Source: Rhodobiaceae bacterium | GTDB taxonomy: Bacteria; Pseudomonadota; Alphaproteobacteria; Rhizobiales; TMED25 | Assembly: GCA_018651345.1 (NCBI GenBank) | Contig: JABIEF010000057.1 | Location: 8,178-72,177, forward strand | Direction: 5' to 3' | Length of the DNA: 64,000 nt | Shown here: piece by piece, positions 49,518-59,810 of the stretch | How the letters are laid out: every line of letters begins with the position of its first letter | Position numbering within the stretch: the first letter of the stretch is position 1 | Notes under the pieces: model-generated | The model's database searches: none | What the model was told of the DNA's origin: nothing | Seen by the model: only the letters and a program-made list of their open reading frames with translations | Program-made: the position numbers and the translations under genes

Positions 49518-51335
49518 TTAAAGTTTAATTTTAGCTCGGGAAAGCCTTTTTCTTTCTACGGGATCTAATATCTTCTTCCTAAGTCTTATAGTTTTTGGTG
49601 TTATTTCAATCAATTCGTCATCAGCTATCCACGCAATTGACTTTTCTAGAGTCATATCTAGATGAGGTTTAAGCTTAACAGCCTCGTCTTTAAGGTGGGT
49701 TCTAATATTGTTTAGAGCTTTTGCTTTTAGTATATTAACCTCTAAGTCATTAGGTCTTGTATGAATCCCAATGATCATACCTCTATATACCGGTACTCCG
49801 TGTGGAATCATCATTTGCCCTCTTTCTTCGAGATTAAATAAAGAAAATGCAACAGAAGTCCCCATCTCATTTGAGATTAGAACTCCATTCGTCCTTCCGC
49901 TAATTTCACCCTTGTAAGGCTCATACTTCAGAAATAATCTATTAATAACAGCTGTTCCGCTGGTTGCGGTTAATAGTTCAGATTGATACCCAATTAAACC
50001 TCGAGTTGGAGCATGAAATACTAGCCTGGTTCTTCCTACGCCAAATGTTTTCATTTCAATCATGATAGCTTTTCTAAAGTTTAATTCTTGCACAATTAAT
50101 CCTGTGTACTCGTCATCTACATCAATAATAACTTCTTCAATGGGTTCCAGAATATCGCCAGCCTCATCTTTTTTCATCACTACTTTTGGTCGAGATACAC
50201 TTAATTCGAAACCTTCTCTTCTCATTGTTTCTATCAATACAGAAAGTTGTAACTCACCTCTACCAGAAACTAAATAACCACCATCAGCTGAAGATTTTTC
50301 TATAGTAAGCGTAATATTGCCTTCACCTTCTTTTACGAGTCTATCTCCTATTACTCTTCCGGTAACTTTATCACCCTCAAGTCCAGCAAGAGGGCTATCG
50401 TTTACTAGGAAAGACATTTGAACAGTCGGTGGGTCTATAGGTTGAGCCTTTAGAGCTATTGTATTTTCTAGAGAGCAGAAGGTGTCGGCAACTGTGCCTT
50501 TTGATAATCCTGATAAGGCCACAATATCTCCTGCAACTCCAACTTCTATGGCTGTTCTCTCCATACCTCTAAATGCTAATATTTTTGTTATTCTACCAGT
50601 ATCAACTGTTTTTCCTTCTGAATTAATTACCTTCACTTGTTGATTAGTATGAACTTGCCCTGAATAAATTCTTCCAGTTATAATTCTTCCGAGATAAGGG
50701 TCAGAGCCTAAAATTGTACCAAGCATCTTGAATTCGCCTTCTTCAATTTTTGGAGGAGGAGTGTGCTTTACGATAAGATCAAAAAGAGGAGATAAATTAT
50801 CATTTTTCTTTTCTAGATCATCTGTAACCCATCCGTCTCTGCCTGAGCCATATAGTATAGGAAAGTCTAGTTGATGTTCGTCTGCATTTAATATGGCAAA
50901 TAAGTCAAATATTTCATTTACAACTTCTTCTGCCCTTGAATCATGACGGTCAACTTTATTTATTATAACAATAGGACGGAGTCCAATTTGTAGAGCCTTT
51001 GCAAGAACAAATTTTGTTTGAGGCATTGGCCCTTCCGCAGCATCTACTAGTATAATTGCACTATCAACCATACTTAGAATTCTTTCTACTTCTCCACCGA
51101 AGTCTGCGTGACCAGGAGTATCTATAATATTGATCCTTGTACCTTGCCATTCTAATGAGGTACATTTTGCTAATATCGTAATTCCTCTTTCTTTTTCTAA
51201 GTCATTAGAATCCATCATGCGTTCATCAACATGTTGATTTTCTCTAAAAGATCCTGATTGTGATAGTAATTTATCAATAAGTGTTGTCTTCCCATGATCA
51301 ACATGAGCTATAATTGCAATGTTACGGAGTGTCAT
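49518..51335 (-). CDS. typA: translational GTPase TypA/BipA
   Basis: 605 aa with IAIIAHVDHGKTTL, DTPGHADFGGEV and NKVD. Confidence 0.96.
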   Translation of the reverse strand: MTLRNIAIIAHVDHGKTTLIDKLLSQSGSFRENQHVDERMMDSNDLEKERGITILAKCTSLEWQGTRINIIDTPGHADFGGEVERILSMVDSAIILVDAAEGPMPQTKFVLAKALQIGLRPIVIINKVDRHDSRAEEVVNEIFDLFAILNADEHQLDFPILYGSGRDGWVTDDLEKKNDNLSPLFDLIVKHTPPPKIEEGEFKMLGTILGSDPYLGRIITGRIYSGQVHTNQQVKVINSEGKTVDTGRITKILAFRGMERTAIEVGVAGDIVALSGLSKGTVADTFCSLENTIALKAQPIDPPTVQMSFLVNDSPLAGLEGDKVTGRVIGDRLVKEGEGNITLTIEKSSADGGYLVSGRGELQLSVLIETMRREGFELSVSRPKVVMKKDEAGDILEPIEEVIIDVDDEYTGLIVQELNFRKAIMIEMKTFGVGRTRLVFHAPTRGLIGYQSELLTATSGTAVINRLFLKYEPYKGEISGRTNGVLISNEMGTSVAFSLFNLEERGQMMIPHGVPVYRGMIIGIHTRPNDLEVNILKAKALNNIRTHLKDEAVKLKPHLDMTLEKSIAWIADDELIEITPKTIRLRKKILDPVERKRLSRAKIKL

Positions 51336-51336
51336 T

Positions 51337-52458
51337 TTATGTTCTTTGTGTTGTATTCTTTTTAATAATCATTAAGTCTTTAACATTAAATGTTAACCAA
51401 ATGAAAGGTTCTTTTTTTAAATCTTTAATAGATGATTTAGTTTTATTCTGCATATGAACATACAAATCACTATTATTTGAAGTTTTTACTATCAAATAGT
51501 TTATATTTCCATAATAATTCCATTCAATAATTTCTCCTTTAACAGAGATATCATCCTGTTTTGAGGAACAAGTTTTTCTAACAGAAATTTTCTCAGGTCT
51601 TATTCCAATTGTAAAAGAATTAGGGTTGTTTTTATTAGTAGGAATATTGATATGCCCAAAGTCTATTGTTTCATATACGAAAGTATCGTCTATTTTTTTT
51701 ATCTCACCTTCAAGGATATTTATTTTTCCAATAAATTTAGCTGAGAATATATCCTTTGGCGATTCGTATATTTCATCAGGCGAAGAAACCTCCACTATTT
51801 CTCCCTCATTCATAACTGCAATACGAGAAGCAATTGATAAGGCCTCATCTTGATCATGTGTTACTAATACAAAAGTAATACCTAGACTCTTTTGTAGGTT
51901 AGATAATTCTATTTGCATCTCTCTTCTTAGATTGGCATCTAAAGCGGACAGAGGTTCATCTAATAATATGACGTCTGGATTTTTTGTTATTGCTCTCGCA
52001 AGAGCAACTCTTTGTTTCTCTCCACCCGATAATTGACTTGGATATTTGTCGATATGATCGTTCATCTTGACCATGTTAAGAACATCAAGGACTTTAGTTT
52101 TTATGGTTTTTTTGTTTAAGCCATCAATTTTAAGTCCAAATTCAATATTTTTTCTAACAGTCATATGTGGAAATAAAGCATAAGATTGAAAGACCATATT
52201 TACCGGACGGACATTTGGAGGTGAACTGCTATAATCCGTATCTGAAATATATATTTCACCTGTTTCTTGAATTTCAAGACCTGCAATTAATCTCAGTAAT
52301 GTTGTTTTACCACATCCTGACGGTCCTAAAATTGCAAAGAATTCATTTTTATAAATATCAAGTGAGATATTTTTAACTGCAATAGAATTACCAAAATGTT
52401 TGGTTAAATTTCTAATTCTTATACAAGGGGATAATGATTTATTCTCTACATCTCTCAT
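51337..52458 (-). CDS. potA: spermidine/putrescine ABC transporter ATP-binding protein
   Basis: 373 aa with GPSGCGKTT, LSGGEKQRVALARA, LLDEPLSALD and a TOBE-like C-terminus. Confidence 0.88.
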   Translation of the reverse strand: MRDVENKSLSPCIRIRNLTKHFGNSIAVKNISLDIYKNEFFAILGPSGCGKTTLLRLIAGLEIQETGEIYISDTDYSSSPPNVRPVNMVFQSYALFPHMTVRKNIEFGLKIDGLNKKTIKTKVLDVLNMVKMNDHIDKYPSQLSGGEKQRVALARAITKNPDVILLDEPLSALDANLRREMQIELSNLQKSLGITFVLVTHDQDEALSIASRIAVMNEGEIVEVSSPDEIYESPKDIFSAKFIGKINILEGEIKKIDDTFVYETIDFGHINIPTNKNNPNSFTIGIRPEKISVRKTCSSKQDDISVKGEIIEWNYYGNINYLIVKTSNNSDLYVHMQNKTKSSIKDLKKEPFIWLTFNVKDLMIIKKNTTQRT

Positions 52459-53294
52459 TTTAAATCTTTTTCGTAGTTTAAAAATTTAATTATTAATACG
52501 GTACTGATTATTACAATCATAATTAAAATTGTTGAGGCAGCGTTAATTTCTGGGCTTACACCAAATCTCACCATAGAATAAATCTTTACAGGTAAGGTTA
52601 TATTATTAGGGCCTGAAGTAAAAAAAGTGATAATAAAGTCATCTAAAGATAGTATAAAGGTTAATAAAGATGATGCAATTAAAGCAGGTTTTATAAAAGG
52701 AAAAATTACGTATCTGAATGTAATCCATTCCGTTGCGCCAAGGTCCTTTGATGCTTCGATGAGCGATTTGTTTAAATTTCCCAATCGCGCTCTAATTATT
52801 ATTACAACAAATGGAAAAGAGAATGAAATATGAGCGATAATTATTTCGGATAGGTTTAGTGGCCAAATTGTAAATACAGGCCAATGAACTGAATTGAAGA
52901 ATATCAGCATTGCTACACCCATACATATTTCTGGAATTATAATAGGCACAAGCAATGACAAATCGTAATAGGTTTTTAGTCTGAAGTTAAATTTCCATAG
53001 ACAAATTGCCGCTGATAATCCAATTAGGGTAGATATCATTGTTGATATAAAGGCAATAGATAAAGAGTTAATAAAAGATAATATCAGAGTTTCATTTTGC
53101 AAGGCTTTGACATAGTACTTTATAGTAAATCCTCTCCATACTATATTTAACCTTGAATCGTTAAAGCTGAATATAATTAAATTTATAATAGGGGCATATA
53201 GAACTATAAAAAAAACTACGGAAAAATATTTTAGCCATTTTATTTTTGAATATTCTAGAGGACCGCGCCTTATAATCGATTGCTTTTTAGTCAT
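52455..53294 (-). CDS. potC: polyamine ABC transporter permease (PotC/PotI-like)
   Basis: 279 aa with six TM segments and the EAA loop (EASKDLGAT....F..V..P). Confidence 0.8.
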   Translation of the reverse strand: MTKKQSIIRRGPLEYSKIKWLKYFSVVFFIVLYAPIINLIIFSFNDSRLNIVWRGFTIKYYVKALQNETLILSFINSLSIAFISTMISTLIGLSAAICLWKFNFRLKTYYDLSLLVPIIIPEICMGVAMLIFFNSVHWPVFTIWPLNLSEIIIAHISFSFPFVVIIIRARLGNLNKSLIEASKDLGATEWITFRYVIFPFIKPALIASSLLTFILSLDDFIITFFTSGPNNITLPVKIYSMVRFGVSPEINAASTILIMIVIISTVLIIKFLNYEKDLK

Positions 53295-54214
53295 TATAAT
53301 ATTTTTTCTTCAACTATTTTTTTACTGAATAATGAATGAATCAATATTAGACCAATGGTTATGTAGATTAATAGGAATGACAATGCAGCTCCAAACGGCC
53401 AATCGTTTGCTGATTTAAATTGCCTTTCAATGACATTGCCAATCATTTGTGAATTTGAACCGCCTAATAGATCCGGTGTAACAAAAGAGCCCAAACAAGG
53501 TATAAGCACTAATAATACTCCAGATATAATACCAGGATATATGAGAGGAATTATTATTTTGAATAGAGTTTTTATTTGCCCGGCACCTAGATCTAGGCTG
53601 GCTTCTATGTAGGATTTATCAAATTTATCTAATACAACATATATTGGGATTATCATAAAAGGGATATAGATATAAACCAACCCAAATATAACTGAAAAAT
53701 TATTGTATAATAAATTTAATGGAATAAATTCATTTGGGGTTAGCTGTCCATCGTAAATTCCTAGGAATAATAGGACATTATTTATTTTAATCCAGAGAAA
53801 TTCTAAGATTTTATTCACATGACCTTCCGTCCTAAGAATTGCAATCAATGAATAAGTTCTAATTAATAGATTTGTCCAAAAAGGAAGGATTATTAAAATC
53901 ATTAGAAATGTCTTAATTCTTCTTGATGAAAAGCTTATTAGAAAGGCTATTGGAAGTGATATAATTAGACATATAAACGTTGTTATTAAGCTAATTAAAA
54001 ATGAATGTGCGAGGACTTTAAAGTATACTCTATCAAAAGCTCTGGTATAATTATCGAGTGTTCCTGTTATTACAACATCAATAATATTAGATTTTTCACC
54101 AAAACTCATTATCCATACAAATGCTAATGGAAGAAAAAAAAACACCATTATCCAAGCGAATCCTGGAATGATAGAGAAAGTGAAGAATTTCTTCTTCACT
54201 TTCCAGCTATCCAT
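53294..54214 (-). CDS. potB: polyamine ABC transporter permease (PotB/PotH-like)
   Basis: 306 aa with the EAA loop (EASLDLGAGQIKTLFKIIIP). Confidence 0.8.
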   Translation of the reverse strand: MDSWKVKKKFFTFSIIPGFAWIMVFFFLPLAFVWIMSFGEKSNIIDVVITGTLDNYTRAFDRVYFKVLAHSFLISLITTFICLIISLPIAFLISFSSRRIKTFLMILIILPFWTNLLIRTYSLIAILRTEGHVNKILEFLWIKINNVLLFLGIYDGQLTPNEFIPLNLLYNNFSVIFGLVYIYIPFMIIPIYVVLDKFDKSYIEASLDLGAGQIKTLFKIIIPLIYPGIISGVLLVLIPCLGSFVTPDLLGGSNSQMIGNVIERQFKSANDWPFGAALSFLLIYITIGLILIHSLFSKKIVEEKIL

Positions 54215-54258
54215 TGCGCCTCTTTATTTCAAATATCACCTGTATGTTCATGTGTTTG

Positions 54259-55356
54259 TTAGGCCGCTCTTATTCTTGTCCAGCTATCCTCAATTATTTT
54301 TAGGATATCTTCTCCAAGATATAACTGACTTTCACATTTATCTAATACAGATTCTTCTGGAAAGATTGATGTATTCTTGTTGTAGTCATCGCCAAGTAGT
54401 TTGCGTGCTGCTTTATTTGGCGTGGCATATTGAATGTAATCAGCAATTTCAGCTCCAACATTTGCATCATATATGTAATCAATAAATTTGTGAGCGTTAT
54501 TTGGGTGAGGTGCCCCATTTGGTATGCATAAACAATCTTCCCAAATTAGACTGCCTTCCTTTGGTATTAAATAATCAATATTATTGTCTTCTAACATAAC
54601 TTGACCAACGTCTCCATTCCATTCTTGCGCCAAGTAAACATCCCTTGAAGCGAGCAGATCTTGGCCGTTGTCTTCTGCAAAAACTTTAATATGTTTTTTT
54701 TGTGATATTATTAGCTCTTCAACTTCTTTGTAATGGGACGGATTCTTAGAATTTATTGAGTGTCCAAGGTATTTTAAGCCCATACCAATCACATCGGCTG
54801 CCTCTGACAGCATGGCAATTCTTCCGGAATACTTATCAGATTCATAAATAAAGGACCAGCTATCTGGAATTTCTTTTACTTTATCTTTTGCATAACCAAT
54901 TCCCATTGTTCCCCACATATAGGGTAGAGAATATTTTCGATTTTTATCGAAAGATGCATTCAAGAATCTTGTTTCTATATTAGATATATTTTTTATTTTA
55001 TTATGGTTTAAAGGGGACAGCATATTTGCTTCGATCATTTTCTCAACAAAATTATTAGACGGCACGATTACATCATAGCCAGGGTTACCCTCCCTTAATT
55101 TTGCAAATAATTCGTCATTATCAGCAAAGAAATCAATTTTTGTCACCACTCCTGTCTCAGATTTAAAATTACTAAGCGTATCTTCTCCAATATATGTATC
55201 CCAATTATAGAAGTTTAATTTATTTTCTTCTTCTGATGAGTATGCATTTATAGAATAGGGGCTAAGAGTTAGTCCAGCGGCAAAAGCACTAGATCCAAGT
55301 ATTAAGTTACGTCTTGATAGACCTCTGTTATTTTTATACATTTCATGGAACCTCAT
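54259..55356 (-). CDS. potD: polyamine (spermidine/putrescine)-type periplasmic substrate-binding protein with a Tat-like signal peptide
   Basis: 365 aa PotD/PotF-like fold (FYNWDTYI, VPSN, aromatic-rich pocket residues). The N-terminus carries SRRNLILGSSAFAAGL. Confidence 0.8.
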   Translation of the reverse strand: MRFHEMYKNNRGLSRRNLILGSSAFAAGLTLSPYSINAYSSEEENKLNFYNWDTYIGEDTLSNFKSETGVVTKIDFFADNDELFAKLREGNPGYDVIVPSNNFVEKMIEANMLSPLNHNKIKNISNIETRFLNASFDKNRKYSLPYMWGTMGIGYAKDKVKEIPDSWSFIYESDKYSGRIAMLSEAADVIGMGLKYLGHSINSKNPSHYKEVEELIISQKKHIKVFAEDNGQDLLASRDVYLAQEWNGDVGQVMLEDNNIDYLIPKEGSLIWEDCLCIPNGAPHPNNAHKFIDYIYDANVGAEIADYIQYATPNKAARKLLGDDYNKNTSIFPEESVLDKCESQLYLGEDILKIIEDSWTRIRAA

Positions 55357-55649
55357 ATAAGTAGTTATTGACAGTAATATGTTATGTTATTTTCATTTAA
55401 AAATAAATAAAAAATAGTTCTATTAATACAACTAAGAACAATGTCAATAAATTTTGTAGAATTATTAACATGCTTCTAATATTTTTATTAACAGCTAAAG
55501 ATAGTTAGATTTTGAGAAATTTTATTTTACGTTTATTAACATTATTTTATAAATAAATTACTATTTGCATGTAGCAATTGTTTTTATACAATAAACATAT
55601 TATATAATAAAGTTGGGATTACAAATCTTTACTAAAGAGGTCAAATCAA

Positions 55650-56849
55650 ATGGAAGAAATGTTTATTCAAAATGATGAACAAAGAGCAATCTTAGAAACA
55701 GTAGCCCGTTTTGTAGAGGATGTGGTTAAACCAAAATCTGCTGATCTAGATGCTATGAAAGATCCCGCAGATGGATATAGCAACGAAATAGTAGAAGCCG
55801 CTGATGCAATCGGATTAAGAACGATGACTTTATCTGAAAAATATGGTGGTTTAGAGCTTGATTCAGTAACAACAGCTATGGTTGTTGAAGAGCTTGCTGT
55901 TGGTGATGTCGGTGTTTCTGTTACTATGGCACAGACAATGAAATTAGCGACAATTATGGAAAAAGCATTAAATGAAGAACAATCTGAGAGAGTTTTGGTC
56001 CCATTTTCAGAGGATCCAAGAGGAGTTCTTGCTATTGGTATAACGGAGCCAGATAATGCCTCGAATTATTTTCTTCCATATCCAACTCCTTTTAGAACAT
56101 CTGCTGAAAAAGTAGACGGTGGTTATGTTATTAACGGAATGAAACATTTTATATCAAATGGAAATCGAGCAAGTTTTTATCTGCTGTTTGTTCAAACTAC
56201 AAAAGGTAAAGCAATGCTAGAAGGCACTACTTGTTTTCTGTTAGAAAGAGGTCGTGAAGGTTTTACTATCGGAAGAGTTCACGATAAAATGGGCGAAAGA
56301 ACTGCAAATAATGCTGAATTAATTTTTCAAGATTGCTTTGTTCCTGATGCCAACGTAGTTGGTGAAGTTGGCAAAGGTTTCCCTTTATTGCAGAAATTTT
56401 TTCCATCGAGTAATTCATTTGCTGCAGCAAGTTGCCTTGGCGTAGGTGTTGCGCTGTTTGATAAAGCTGAACAATGGGCTAAAATTAGAGTTCAAGGTGG
56501 TAAACCGTTAATCGAACACGGAAGTATCAGGGCACAATTAGCTGAGATGAAAATGCTACTCGACGCATCAAGATGCTATACGCATAGAGCGTGTTATTTA
56601 GCAGATAATCAAGATGAGGGTTGGGATCCAACGCTCGGAGCTCTTCCAAAAGCAATGGCGAGTCAGGCTGTATGGAAAATAGCGACCTGGACAATGGAAA
56701 TTCATGGTGGACATGGCTATATGAAAGAATTTGGCGTCGAAAGATTACTCAGAGATGCTGCTGGGTGGTTGCATTCTGATGGGGTTAATAGAACTTTATT
56801 TTTAAAAGCCGCAAATATGATGTACGACAGTAATATTTATGGAAAATAG
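55650..56849 (+). CDS. acyl-CoA dehydrogenase family flavoprotein (atypical catalytic-base motif)
   Basis: 399 aa ACAD fold (GITEPDNASN, KHFISNG, ERLLRDA). The usual YEGT motif reads HSDGV (D377). Confidence 0.8.
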   Translation: MEEMFIQNDEQRAILETVARFVEDVVKPKSADLDAMKDPADGYSNEIVEAADAIGLRTMTLSEKYGGLELDSVTTAMVVEELAVGDVGVSVTMAQTMKLATIMEKALNEEQSERVLVPFSEDPRGVLAIGITEPDNASNYFLPYPTPFRTSAEKVDGGYVINGMKHFISNGNRASFYLLFVQTTKGKAMLEGTTCFLLERGREGFTIGRVHDKMGERTANNAELIFQDCFVPDANVVGEVGKGFPLLQKFFPSSNSFAAASCLGVGVALFDKAEQWAKIRVQGGKPLIEHGSIRAQLAEMKMLLDASRCYTHRACYLADNQDEGWDPTLGALPKAMASQAVWKIATWTMEIHGGHGYMKEFGVERLLRDAAGWLHSDGVNRTLFLKAANMMYDSNIYGK

Positions 56850-56889
56850 TTCTAAAATTATTTAATTTTATCTATAAGGATACAGATAT

Positions 56890-57651
56890 ATGGTTGATTT
56901 TATTTTATACAATACACCGCAGTCAACTTGTAGTCAAAGAGTGAGATTCACTTTGAATGCGAAGAAAATTGAATTCGAACAGATTCTTTTAGATTTATTT
57001 TCTGGCGATCAATTAAAACCTGAATATTTATCTATAAATCCTAATGGTGTTGTGCCGGCATTGAAGCATAAGGATGATATTATAATTGATAGTTCGGTTA
57101 TTATTGAATATTTAGAAGATATATTACCAGATAATAAGCCTATGAGACCAACGGATCCTGTTCGGATAGCAGAGATGAGAACTATGATAAGATTCATTGA
57201 CGAAGTTCCCGGACCAGCTGTTAGAATACCAACTTATAATTTAGCCTTTTTGCAACATTTTAAGGATATGACAGAAGAAGAATTTCTTGCATTAGCAGAT
57301 TCTAAGCCATTGAGAAGAGAATTCTTGTTGAAGATGGGTAGAACAGGATTTTCAAAAGAAGATATGGATGAAGCTCTCGGAAGGTTAAAAAGAACAATAG
57401 TAAGAATGGATGAGTGGATTAATTCGAATAATGGTGATTTTATGATGGGAGATCAATTAACTTACGCTGATATTTCAGTAATGCCACTAATAATTAGAAT
57501 GGAAGATATTAATCTATCAAATTATTGGGATGATTATTCTTCAATAGGAAGATGGTTAGATAGGATTAAAAATCACGGAGCATTCAAGGATACTTATTAC
57601 AAAGGGTCATTGTTAAGTGAGAAGTATCCACACTTAAAATTTGATAATTAA
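56890..57651 (+). CDS. glutathione S-transferase family protein
   Basis: 253 aa with a thioredoxin-like N-domain (NPNGVVPAL.....I.DSSVIIEYLED) and a helical C-domain. Confidence 0.8.
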   Translation: MVDFILYNTPQSTCSQRVRFTLNAKKIEFEQILLDLFSGDQLKPEYLSINPNGVVPALKHKDDIIIDSSVIIEYLEDILPDNKPMRPTDPVRIAEMRTMIRFIDEVPGPAVRIPTYNLAFLQHFKDMTEEEFLALADSKPLRREFLLKMGRTGFSKEDMDEALGRLKRTIVRMDEWINSNNGDFMMGDQLTYADISVMPLIIRMEDINLSNYWDDYSSIGRWLDRIKNHGAFKDTYYKGSLLSEKYPHLKFDN

Positions 57652-58616
57652 TAATTTTCTAATATATCTTTGTTCACTAATAGGTTGGTATTTAACTTTC
57701 CATTCAAAGCATCAATAATATTCTGCGCTGATCCAAGAGACATTCTGCTTGCACATTCATTTGTTAAACCTGCTATATGAGGACTAAATAGTATGTTGTC
57801 TAGCTTGAATAGGCGATGTTCTATCGCCGGAGGCTCTGTTGGAAAAACATCTAGTCCTGCACCTAATATGATATTTTTTTCCAGTGCGGTCGCTAATTCA
57901 TCGATATTAATATGTGACCCCCTTGATGTATTTATAAGAATTACATTTTTTTTCATTAGTAAAAATTGAGGCTTATCAATGAGATAATTATTTCCAGAGC
58001 TTGGAGCATGAATAGTTATGATATCCGCATCAGCAATTCCATTATTAATATCATCAACTAAATCGTAGTTTGTGTTAGCTAGTTGCTCTTTATTGACGTA
58101 AGGGTCATAAACAATGACTTTTCCAGACATTGCATCGAGTATTTTTGCAACTTTTTGTCCTATTTTACCGAAGCCAATTATGAATATCTTCTTGCCTTCT
58201 ATATCACTTGATAATAATTGGTCTCTTTTTGACCATTGGTTAGAACGAATTATATTATCGTGAAATTTCATTTGTTTTAATAACGAAAGCATAAACATTA
58301 TTGTATGCTCAGCTACACTTGAGGAATTAACATCTCCAACTATTGTTAATGGAATTTTTCTTTTATTCAGAGAGTTGATATCAATAGCATCGTAACCAAC
58401 TCCATTTCTTGATAATATTTTTAGATTTTTAGATTTTTCAATCATAGATCTATTGAAAGGTTGTAATCTGAGGAGTATTGCATCCGCATCTGATAGATTA
58501 TCTTCAAGGGTTTCTGTTGATGCGTCGGGTAATACGGTAACGTCAAAATTTTCAACTGATTGTAATAGTTTTATTCCATCGTTATGTATTTTACCTCCGA
58601 TAATTACTTTATACAT
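57648..58616 (-). CDS. D-isomer-specific 2-hydroxyacid dehydrogenase (PGDH-like)
   Basis: 322 aa with IIGFGKIGQ, TSRGSHI and SPHIAG. Confidence 0.85.
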   Translation of the reverse strand: MYKVIIGGKIHNDGIKLLQSVENFDVTVLPDASTETLEDNLSDADAILLRLQPFNRSMIEKSKNLKILSRNGVGYDAIDINSLNKRKIPLTIVGDVNSSSVAEHTIMFMLSLLKQMKFHDNIIRSNQWSKRDQLLSSDIEGKKIFIIGFGKIGQKVAKILDAMSGKVIVYDPYVNKEQLANTNYDLVDDINNGIADADIITIHAPSSGNNYLIDKPQFLLMKKNVILINTSRGSHINIDELATALEKNIILGAGLDVFPTEPPAIEHRLFKLDNILFSPHIAGLTNECASRMSLGSAQNIIDALNGKLNTNLLVNKDILENY

Positions 58617-58683
58617 ATGACTCCCCTGTTAATGTAGTGTATTTAGTGAATTTTTTTGTTTTAATTATGCATACTTATAACAT

Positions 58684-59796
58684 ATGATGGAAATTATTGT
58701 ATGCAATAAATCAATGGATAGGATATTTAATATGGAAAGTAAAGATCCGAAGATAGTAGCGGCTGTGAGTCATTGGTCTTATAGGTTTGTGTCAAATGGA
58801 ATACATTTATCTGATTTTAATGATGTAGCAAATAGCGTATCTGTATGGGATGATTGGTGTCCTGCATGGGAAGAAAAAGGTAGAATGCATGCAGAATTAG
58901 CAGAAAAATCTATCTCTTCAGATTTTTTGTTAAGTGCTGGAGCACATTATAATACTGCTGCTGTGTGCTGTCATTTTGGTAAATTTTTATTTGTGCATGA
59001 TGAAGAAGTCATGAAGAAAACCCATAAACTTGCTGTTGAATATCACCGGAAATCTTTGAAATTACAAAATCCTATGGCAGAGAGAGTTACAATAGATTGG
59101 GATGGATTAGAAATGATTGGTAACTTAAGAAAACCAAGTAACATTTTAAACCCACCGATCGTTATAATGGTTATGGGATTAGATTCTGCTAAAGAAGAAA
59201 TGGAAACAAACGAGAGAGTCTTCCTTGATAGAGGAATGGCAACATTATCATTTGACGGACCGGGTCAGGGTGAATCAGAGTATACTTCAATAATATGTCC
59301 AGAATATGAAAAGCCCGTTACTGCTGTAATTGATTTTATAGAAAAAAGAGATGACCTAGATTCATCCCGAATAGGTGTTTGGGGTGTTAGTTTGGGTGGG
59401 TATTATGCGCCACGCGCTGCAGCTTTTGATGATAGAATTAAGGCCTGCATATCTTTAACTGGTCCATTTAACTGGAATAATATTTTTGATTTAATTCCAG
59501 AATTAACAAAAGATGCTTTTATGAAAAGAAGTAATACTAAAAATGAAAAAGAAGCCAGGGAATTCGCAAGTCGAATGGATCTTAGCAATTGTGCGTCTAA
59601 TATAAAATGTCCATTATATATTGTTGGCGGTGGATTAGATAGAGTGGTTCCTCCCGATGAGTCCAAGCTTCTTGCTGAAGCAGCAAAAGGTGAGGTAACT
59701 TATAACATGATTGAAGATGCAACACATGTTGCAAATAACAGAATTTATAAATATAGAACTCAAACCGCTGATTGGATGTCAGCAAAATTAAAATAG
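58684..59796 (+). CDS. alpha/beta hydrolase (FrsA/DUF1100-like; 2,6-dihydropseudooxynicotine hydrolase-like)
   Basis: 370 aa with the nucleophile elbow GVSLGG and a C-terminal His (DATHV). The start codon is ambiguous among several ATGs between 58684 and 58732. The subfamily assignment is from memory. Confidence 0.65.
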   Translation: MMEIIVCNKSMDRIFNMESKDPKIVAAVSHWSYRFVSNGIHLSDFNDVANSVSVWDDWCPAWEEKGRMHAELAEKSISSDFLLSAGAHYNTAAVCCHFGKFLFVHDEEVMKKTHKLAVEYHRKSLKLQNPMAERVTIDWDGLEMIGNLRKPSNILNPPIVIMVMGLDSAKEEMETNERVFLDRGMATLSFDGPGQGESEYTSIICPEYEKPVTAVIDFIEKRDDLDSSRIGVWGVSLGGYYAPRAAAFDDRIKACISLTGPFNWNNIFDLIPELTKDAFMKRSNTKNEKEAREFASRMDLSNCASNIKCPLYIVGGGLDRVVPPDESKLLAEAAKGEVTYNMIEDATHVANNRIYKYRTQTADWMSAKLK

Positions 59797-59810
59797 ATAA
59801 GGAGAAAAAT

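Noticed and set aside
59772-59810. The track-proposed TTG start for the cyclase-family gene.
   Set aside because: It lies within the end of the upstream hydrolase gene. ATG at 59811, preceded by AAGGAG, is a much better start.
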